64,000 bases of DNA from Octopus vulgaris (taxonomy: Eukaryota), in assembly GCA_951406725.2 (NCBI GenBank), contig OX597819.1, positions 61,318,001 through 61,382,000 of the forward strand, written 5' to 3'. Below are positions 55,067 to 64,000 of the stretch, in pieces. The position numbers were made by a program, and so were the translations under genes. Each line of letters begins with the position of its first letter. Within the stretch, counting starts at the first letter, position 1. The notes beneath the pieces are model-generated. The model saw only the letters and a list, made by a program, of their open reading frames with translations. It had not been told where the DNA came from and did no database searches.

Positions 55067-55321
55067 GTAGGCCTCCGCTTCCTCGACGAATTCTCACCAT
55101 GCAGGATTTTCTTATATAGATTTTCAAGCAAAATACATTTGCTGATTTCGAAAATCTGTTCGAAAGCAATAATAATTCTCTAAAAGGGATATAGACAGTA
55201 ACTGCTCGATAACATAAGGGACTAAAGCCATCTGAATATGGCTAGGGACAGGGCAGGGTGGTGAAAATCTATATAAGAAAATCCTGCATGGTGAGAATTC
55301 GTCGAGGAAGCGGAGGCCTAC

Positions 55322-55367
55322 CACACGCCGATGATAGGCAATACACCTTGAAACCATGGTCCGTGTG
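55322..55367 (+). ncRNA. Type I hammerhead ribozyme motif (copy 2)
   Basis: cacacg CCGAUGA u agg caauaca ccu u GAAAC caug GUC cgugug: 6-bp stem I, stem II agg/ccu, palindromic ACCAUGGU stem III, GUC site at 55359-55361. Confidence 0.82.
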
Positions 55368-55533
55368 TGGTTTCCGCTTCATCGGGGAATTACCTCCCTT
55401 TGCAGGTTTAGGGCACCGTGACGGTGTCGAGCCTTTCTGGTGACGTCGATGTTCGCCTGGGGCTAAATGCAACAGTAACACCCCACCACCCTGCCCTGTC
55501 CCTAGCCATATTCAGATGGTTTAGTCCCTTATG

Positions 55534-55572
<39 letters not shown>

Positions 55573-55850
55573 TATATGTATACAGGATGAGCTTCTTTCA
55601 GTTTTCGTCAACCAAATCCACTCATAAGGCTTTGGTCGGTCCAAGGCTATAGTAGAAGACACTTGCCCAAGTAGAGGGAATTATTATTATTATTATTATT
55701 ATCACTGAGGGTGATAGATTGACAGAATTCGTTAAAGGATCGAAAAAAAAAATGCTTTGCGGTATTTGTTTCGGTTATTTACATTCTGAATTCAAATCCT
55801 GTCGTTGTCAATCCAATTTGGTAGACAGAAACTAAAAGAAGCCCGTCATA

Positions 55851-56151
55851 TTGTTGTTTGTTCCTTCTCGAGCCATGCCTAGCTCATAAGGGCCGGTTTC
55901 CCGGTTTCCTTGGCGTATAGGTTCCCCGCCTGGACGGGACGCCGGTCCGTCGCAGGTGAGCTGCAAGATGCAGGAGGAAAGAGTGAGAGAAAGTTGTGGC
56001 GAAAAAGTCAGCAGAAGTTCGCCATTACCTTCTGCCGGAGCCGCGTGGAACTTGGGTGTTTTACTCATAAACGCACACATCGCCCAGTCTGAGATTCGAA
56101 CCCGCGATCCTTCGACCGCGAGTCTGCTGCTCTAACCACTAGGCCATCTGC

Positions 56152-56155
<4 letters not shown>
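55851..56155 (-). mobile_element. SINE family C variant with a different 3' tail
   Basis: A-box tggcctagtggtt, B-box ggttcgaatct; head and body as 23416; tail gcgacggaccggcgtcccgtccagg...(AAC)n. Confidence 0.85.
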
Positions 56156-56239
<84 letters not shown>

Positions 56240-56359
56240 GTACAGGACGTCATCAACTGTGCAAACAACATGAAATACGTAAAAACAGGGCAAGTAAACT
56301 CAGAGGAAGGACCCTTTATCAGTTGTCAGCAGTTTATCTACTCTTCATTTCGAGCATTT

Positions 56360-56788
56360 GCGCGCGTGCGGTGTGTGGTATGTGTGCATCTTTATGTCTG
56401 TGTGTTCTCCTACCACCACATGACAACCGGTGTTGGTGTGTTTACGTTTCTGTAACGTAGCGGTTCAGCGAAAGAGAGCGATAATAATTAGTACCAGGCT
56501 TAGAAAAATAATAATTTGTGAGGTCCGATTCGTTCGACTAAAATTCTTCATACTTACATACATAGAGATATGGCCGCAGTCTATTGGCTAAAACAAGTAA
56601 AAGATAAAAGATAAAGGATAACCGATATGGTTGCGTGGTCAAGAAGTTCGCTTCGTAGCCTCATAGTTTTGGGTTCGGTCCCACTGCGCGGCATGTCAGG
56701 CAAGCTTTTTTTTTATATATTAAAGCCCCGAACCGAGCCATGCCTTCCAAAAGTGAATTTGGCAGACGGAAACTGTGTAGAAGCATGT

Positions 56789-56829
<41 letters not shown>

Positions 56830-57190
56830 CGGCGGTGCATCAGCATGGCCGCAGCTCTGAGCTGAAACAAGGAAAAAATATATAGATGTAATATATATGT
56901 GTGTATGTGTGTACGCGTGCACATGTGCATGTGAGTGTGTGTCTTTGAGTCTGCGCTTGTCCCCACGCCATCGCTTGACAACCGGTAGTGGTTTGTCTAC
57001 GTCCCCGTAACTTAGCAGCTTGGCAAAACAGTCCGGTAGAACAAATACCAGATTTGAAAAGAAAGTAACTGAGGTCGATCTATTCAAGCAAAAAAAAAAA
57101 AAAAAGAGAAAGAAAAAGAAAAAAAAGAAACTTCCAAGGTGTTGCCCCAGCATGGCCGCTGTCCAGTGACTGAAGCACGTAAAAGATAAG
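56360..57190 (+). mobile_element. Diverged SINE family B copies
   Basis: tgacaaccgg...cgtaacttagc...catggccgc motifs. Confidence 0.75.
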
Positions 57191-58216
57191 ACTTAAGTTG
57201 AAAGACAAAAATCAACAGATAAAGAAATAGACAACTTACCTGTGTGAGACGAGTGGTTTCCTTCTGACCGGGATGCTATTACTGCCACCTACCGGCCTAG
57301 TTCACTGGTCACCAGCTGTCTTTCCGTGTCTATTCTATGGTACAAAAGCTAATCCAACTTCCGGAAGGTGTAGACAGTAGTTTCCATGTCATATACACGC
57401 ATGAATTCATTTATATATATAGGTGTATATATATATATATGTTTGAGAATAGCAATATAAACATATGAACGTGCATGTGCGCGCGCATCTGTATGTGTGT
57501 GTGTGTAAGTGTGTGTGTGTGTGTGTGTGTGTTACGCTGAGGTGATGGTATTGTAATGTTGTGTGGGTGGGTTAGTTTCGGTACTGTAATTATGTATATG
57601 TATGTATATCTGTATGTATGTATGTATGCGTGTATGCGTGTGCGTAGGTGTGTGTGTGTACGCGCGTGTGTGTGTGTGTGTGCGTCAGTGGATTTCCAGT
57701 TAGTGGGCTATGACTCTAAAAGTGTAGACAGACAAGAGTGTGTGTGTGTATGTGTGTGTGTGTGGGGGGGGTATTTGTTTGTATAGGTATGTATATGTGT
57801 CGGGTGTGTGAATGTGTGTGCGCGTGTACAGAGCTTGTGGTGCAACGATGTGCAAGTGCCCGTGCAGTTTTTGAACATAAAATGCAATCAGGGTCCATGT
57901 AGCATCAATGCATGCATAGAATTTTGCATGTATTGTATGTAGTGTATTATTCTCCTCTTAGATATCGGGGACTGGAGTTGAGAAAGAAGCACAGATAGAG
58001 AGAGGAAGAGAGAAAGGCTGACAGACAGAGAGAGTGTCAGAGAGAGAGAGAGAGAGAGTGTGTGTGACAGACAGAGAGAGAGTGACAGACAGAGAGAGCG
58101 GCAGAGAGGGAGAGAGTGACAGAGAGAGAGTGGCAGACAGAGATTAACTGCTTGACAGATAGATGGATAAATAGATAGATAGTTAAATAGATCTCTCGAT
58201 TGTTCGAGGAATAGAC

Positions 58217-58325
<109 letters not shown>

Positions 58326-59269
58326 TAGATAGATAGATAGAAAGTATTATAAATTAAAAAGTATGTTCTATGCAGGTTATGTGTAAAAATGTACGCAGTG
58401 GTAACTTTATTTTCTAATGTTTACATACGGTTCGTTTTGTGTTTACGAATGCATCTGTAGGTGTGGCTAAAACTTATGCAGACTACTTGCGTTTGTGCGT
58501 GTGTGGGGGTGTGTTTGTGCGTGTATGTATGTGTGTGTTTCATGCCGACCGGACATGTTCATGTATAAATATATGTGTACTTACATGTATCTGTGTGTAT
58601 GTGTGTGTGTGTGTGTGTTGGAGTAAAGTGTAAACGCGATAGGTATATGTACGTATGCAAAATTTACATCCGTTAATATTCGCGTGCATGCATGTACGTG
58701 TATGTGTGTGTGTGTTTGCGTTTGTGTATGTTGGGGCGCGCACGAATGAGATGAAATTGAATTTGTGAAAATCCGATAACTGGGTCCAAACTAAGAAATT
58801 CGTACAATCCACAGGTTTAGCACTGTTTCAACTGGTTTGTATTTAGTCCGTCCTCTTAACCAAATGATATATAACGGCGAATCCCGAGCGCTTCGACAAT
58901 TCTGTGTTATCTGCCAAGTCTAGGGTACATTCATATCTTTTATATCATTATTATTATCATCATTATTATTATTATTACTATTATTATTATTATTATTATT
59001 ACTACTATTATTATTATTATTATTTAATTGTTAATTATTACCAATTGCTAGATGCAAAGTAGGATATTGTAGGGTTGAGAAGTGATGGTGCAGCTTTTAT
59101 TTTTTATTCTGATTCCGGACAGATATTTTGCATGTATATATTCATATATATATATATTTATTCATATTTGTACCAACTACCTGTGGCCGTTTGTTTGTTC
59201 TTCTCACCGTTCTTTACGTCCGCTCACTTATTCCTAGCAGTTTTTTTTTGTTTTTTGTTTTTTTTTGAC

Positions 59270-59327
59270 AGATAGATGGATGGATAAATAGATAGATAGT
59301 TAAATAGATCTCTCGATTGATCGAGGA

Positions 59328-59380
<53 letters not shown>

Positions 59381-59497
59381 AAGAAATAAAGATAGATAGA
59401 TAGATAGATAGAAAGAAATAAAGATAGATAAATAGATAGATAGATAGATAGATAGATAGAAACAAAGAAAGATAGATAGATAGATAGAAATAAATAA

Positions 59498-59546
<49 letters not shown>

Positions 59547-59581
59547 AATAAAGATAGATAGATAGATAGATAGAAATAAAT

Positions 59582-59634
<53 letters not shown>

Positions 59635-59673
59635 AACAAAGATAGATAGATAGATAGATAGATAGAAATAAAT

Positions 59674-59743
<70 letters not shown>
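59270..59743. repeat. (GATA)n microsatellite with gaaataaa variants
   Basis: Directly visible. Confidence 0.95.
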
Positions 59744-60599
59744 GAACACTACTATTGTTAGATGTGTGAAATTGTTATGATTTTGGAGCGATAACCGATG
59801 ACGGAAGCCGATGTCCTGCGTGTGAATTTAGCTGGTGTTCATTTGGTGTCCTGTGTAATTTTTGAATATGTATGTGTGTGTGTGCGTGTGAGTGTTTGTA
59901 TTGTTGTGTTTGGCGAGAGCGTATATATATACAGATTGTTTTTCCTTTACTGGTTTCAGTTATAATGCTGTGGTTACGAAGAGGCACCGTCCTCAAGGAT
60001 CTAATCACTTGTATTGATAACAGGGCTTATTTTATCTTTCTCTCTTTATCGGACCGCTGGAATACGGGACGTACGGAAGAATACAGAAGACAATCGTGTC
60101 TGGGGGGAAGCGTGTGTTCGTGTGTGCGTGTGCGTGCGTAATACCTTTGTCTGTTTATGCATGGGTTGGTGCGTACGAACGAGGTGGAATCAAAGTTTCT
60201 AAACCGAATGCCACACTGCCTCCCTCTCCTCTCTGTCTCTCTCTCCCTCCCTCACTCTCTTTCTCAATACTATAAAGCAATATTGATCGGAAGGTTGATA
60301 GGGCCAGTGAAATAAACAACACAAATAGGTATCTATCAGCAAATGATTACTAGATATTGATAGTAGTAATCGATCAAAAGCTAGCCTCGATTTAATCAAT
60401 TAAAGATGAGGAACCGGACACCTTAAAACAGTCCGACGTTGTCCTCAACTTCGTTCTGGCAACTTCTACAACATTCGTCTCGAGCTGGATAAACCCTTTC
60501 ATTTTACTCCGACAGACAACATCAAATATCTTAGAAGAGAGATGCTTACTGTGTGGGCAACTCCATTGTTACCTCACCCTGTTCTGTCAACGCTGCTAT

Positions 60600-60803
60600 T
60601 CTTTTCTTTTCTACTCTATGCACAAGGCCCGAATTTTTTTGGAGAGGTGGGGGGCCAGTTGAATAGTTCGACTCCAGTACACAACTGGTACTTAATTTAT
60701 CGACCCCTAAACGAGGAAAAGCAAAGTCGATTCCGGTAGAATATGAACTTAGAACGTGAACATATACGCCGGGCATGCTAACGTTTCTGCCAGCTCGCCG
60801 CCT
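60600..60803 (-). mobile_element. SINE family A, diverged
   Basis: Head and tail. Confidence 0.75.
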
Positions 60804-61930
60804 TTCTGTCAAAGCTGATATTGAAGGAGTTTTCTGGGTTTAGATCAATTGTCTGATGAGACATACGGTGCTAAAGAAGCTACATAAAACATTAAAAAAA
60901 AAAAAAAAGAAAAAGGAAAGGGAAAAATTCCTATTCTTTCACCGAAAACAAAACTTAATAACCATCGCTAGCTCCGTCCGTACCTACGTTTCAATATTTT
61001 TAAGTGTAACCTGTTCTGTTATTGTCGGCGCGTGCCTCTCTCCGTTTTGTTTTGTTTTTCTCACTGTGATTATTGAATAAACTAGGAAATATAAACGGTG
61101 TGTATGTATAATCCGCGTGGTTGTATAAACAATGAACAGCAAGGACTATAAGCAATGGAAAACATCGGCAGGAAATGTCAACACCCGCCGAAAAAAAAAA
61201 AAGCAACAATGCTTTCAGAAATGTCGTTCTGTGTAGCTAGCTGTGTGACACTTAACGTCCTCAGGTAGATAGGATGGGAAGAGCTAAATTCTATGCAGAT
61301 AGACTTGAGTGTAAGGAAAAGTGTTTTATCCGCCGGGCTTGAACGAAGTATGAATGTTGAAGAAGGAAGAGAGAAGAGAGAAAAGAGAGGGAAAAGAAGA
61401 GAAAAGGAGAGACGTGGTGTGTGCTTGCGTGTGTGTGTGAAGGGGAAGATGCTGATGTTGGGAGGAGAGATTTTATAAAAGTTACACACACACACACAAG
61501 GAAGAGAGGCGAACCGCTCACACACAAGAAAGATGAATCGCTCGCACACACGAACATAGAGAGAAACACAAATAAACTTTAAAATGAGCCGAGACGGGGA
61601 AATAACAGACACATGCGCATTCATTCAATAAACGTTTTGCGTACTACAGAAGTGTGCAGGAACGTGTGTGTATGCGAGTGTGTGCGTGTGTATCTTTGTA
61701 TGTGTGTGTGTGTATAGCATGTTTATGTGAGCGTGTGTGCGCTTGTATGTGTCGCACATGTGTGCTGTTTGGCATGTGGTGTGTGTTTGTAGGGTATATA
61801 CATATACATACATACACACACACATACATACATACATACATACATACATACATACATACATACATACATACATACATACATACATACAAACATACATATA
61901 TATATACATAAAATATATATATATATATAT

Positions 61931-62232
61931 ATAATACAAAATGGGACAAGAACGCAAAACACTCAAATAGACGACACAAAAAAACGGACGGGTCATTCGA
62001 AGCCTCTAATCTTCAGTCAAGAACCGGATCATCCTCGCAATTTCGGCTGATTAATCTTGAGATCGCTCCGATCCGGCCAGCCCCAAGGAAAAACTAAGCT
62101 ACGAGCATTAGATTTCTTGGAAAAAGGATCGAATGTATACGAAACAAGGACAGAAAAACGGACGATGCCACACGAATATAAATACAAAAAACAATAATAG
62201 TAATAACAGGACAAAAACAGCGGGTGTCTTAC

Positions 62233-62235
<3 letters not shown>
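61931..62235. mobile_element. (TA)n-flanked repeat, related to 49900-50047
   Basis: Sequence similarity between the two copies; (TA)n on both sides. Confidence 0.7.
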
Positions 62236-62277
<42 letters not shown>

Positions 62278-62547
62278 TGTGTACGATATGTAGTGTGTGT
62301 GTGTGTGTAGATGCTCACGGGCTTATACGAGCGCTTTCTTGCATCGATGTATAATTATAAGGGCCTATTGTATTGCTTGTGCGCTTGTATACACACAAAC
62401 ATATGCCCAAGCACATGCGTGGATATATATGTGTGTGTGTGTGTTTGTGTGCGAGAGTATGTGTGTTTATGAGTGTGTTACACGTATGTGTCCGTGAGCT
62501 TATGTGGGGCAGTGTTTGTGTCAATCAATGAATGTGATGGTATTTAT

Positions 62548-62785
62548 GGCGAGCTGGCAGAATCGTTAGCACGCCGGGCGAAATGCTTTGCGGTATTTCG
62601 TCTGCCGTTACGTTCTGAGTTCAAATTCCGCCGAGGTCGACTTTGCCTTTCATCCTTTCGGGGTCGATAAATTAAAGTACCAGTTACGCACTGGGGGTCG
62701 ATGTAATCGACTTAATACCTATGCCTGTCCTTGTTTGTCCCTTCTATGTTTAGCTCCTTGTGGGTAATAAAGAAATAGGTATTTA
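62548..62785 (+). mobile_element. SINE family A, young monomer
   Basis: Near-consensus; ends aagaaataggtattt. Confidence 0.9.
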
Positions 62786-62875
62786 TGCGTGTGTGACCGT
62801 GTGTTGCTTCAAAGGATTACGAATTGACTTAACGCGTAGTTAAAAGTTTTCGATACGCTGTGATCATGTGATCTG

Positions 62876-62920
<45 letters not shown>

Positions 62921-63125
62921 TTGTGTGTTTGTCTGTCCGTCCGTCCGTCCGTCCATCCGTCCGTACGTCTGTCTGTCCGTCTGTCCATCTGCCAGTCTGT
63001 TTGTCTGTCTGTCCGTCCGTCTCTCTGTCTAGTTGTCTGTTTCTCTCTCTCTATGTATATACGTATATATATGTATATTTATATGTGTATATTATATATA
63101 TACACCTATCTATCTATCTATCTAA

Positions 63126-63162
<37 letters not shown>

Positions 63163-63277
63163 CGCGTATGTATATGTGGATTGAAAGAGCCTGAAGTTAC
63201 TATCTCAACTTTGTTTCATCAAACGGCCCACACACACACACGTTTATGAACGCCCACTTTCACATACACACATATCA

Positions 63278-63338
<61 letters not shown>

Positions 63339-63449
63339 TTCCTACAAAACACTCGCACACACTTACATAAACACATACATTAAGCAATGAAGATGTGTTT
63401 GTCGCAGAATTTGTCACTACAAGCAAAACATAAATACTCCCACATTTAA

Positions 63450-63511
<62 letters not shown>

Positions 63512-63764
63512 CATACACGCAAGCGCGTACATACACTCGAACCTCTCTCCTTATCTCTTTCTCTCTGTCTCTTTCTCTCTCTCTCTCTCACACACACACA
63601 TACATATAAACACACACAGGCACACACAACCGCACACACAAATGTATACACAAGTGCTATACACTTGCACTTCTCTCTCTCTTACCCCTCCCTCTATCTC
63701 ACACATACATTCACACACACATACATACACTCACACACACACAATCTCCCTCATTCTCCATCTT

Positions 63765-64000
63765 TGTGGTTAAAACGTTTGTTTCACAACCACATGGTTT
63801 CAGGTTCAGCCCCACTGAAAGCCGACACTTCGAAGTTACTGTCACTTCTCTTTAAAAAAAATTATTAAACATATATGCATGTATATATGCATTTATGTAT
63901 GTATGTATATGTGTGTGTGGGCGTTTATGTCTGTATTTATCTTTCATCTTTTGACAACCGGTGTAGGTTTGTTGACGTCATCGTAATTTAATAGCCCGTC
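63765..64000 (+). mobile_element. SINE family B, diverged and cut by the window edge
   Basis: caaccacatggtttcaggttcagcccactg; tgacaaccggtg. Confidence 0.7.

Larger units (their letters stand above)
54805..55537. mobile_element. Retrozyme-like HHR element, family 1: 360-bp monomer + 99-bp partial repeat + inverted 276-bp copy
   Basis: 54805-54903 equals 55165-55263; 54849-55126 is the reverse complement of 55262-55537 apart from two 1-nt indels; (TA)n flanks. Confidence 0.88.
54561..55670 (-). mobile_element. SINE family B split at its internal (TA)n by the retrozyme-like insertion
   Basis: 3' half at 54561-54804; continuation at 55538-55670. Confidence 0.85.

Noticed and set aside
54725-55627. 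Mirror-image ORFs with identical peptides
   Set aside because: By-product of the inverted repeat; no protein motifs
56237-56360. Type II hammerhead on the minus strand (GAAA...CUGAUAA)
   Set aside because: Stems I and III are not formed; at most a truncated pLTR fragment
59796-59816. CCGATGA cgg aag ccg motif
   Set aside because: No GAAA box follows

Overview
AT-rich eukaryotic non-coding DNA dominated by microsatellites and interspersed repeats. The SINE families and (TA)n/(CATA)n/(GATA)n load suggest an octopus (cephalopod) genome; this is an inference from repeat content. No intact host protein-coding gene is supported, and almost all listed ORFs are microsatellite or SINE translations. 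Recognisable elements are four tRNA-headed SINE families, a decayed Penelope-like element (RT + GIY-YIG), RTE, CR1, R4/Dong-like and Hero-like LINE fragments, three mariner relics, and piggyBac, hAT and pogo MITEs. The main unexplained signal is a set of type I hammerhead ribozyme (HHR) motifs in short non-coding elements, most of them inserted in (TA)n tracts. (1) A very young 360-bp-period retrozyme-like element with partial tandem plus inverted copy and a rod-like fold (54805-55537). (2) A diverged homologue of it (50058-50277). (3) A tRNA-headed SINE ending in a minimal HHR, with a 21-bp inverted 5' duplication (42923-43198). (4) A two-copy pLTR-like family (19940 and 36721). (5) Several decayed HHRs. 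Many cores read CCGANGA instead of CUGANGA. All structures were folded by eye and no activity is demonstrated. Coordinates of decayed repeats are approximate.
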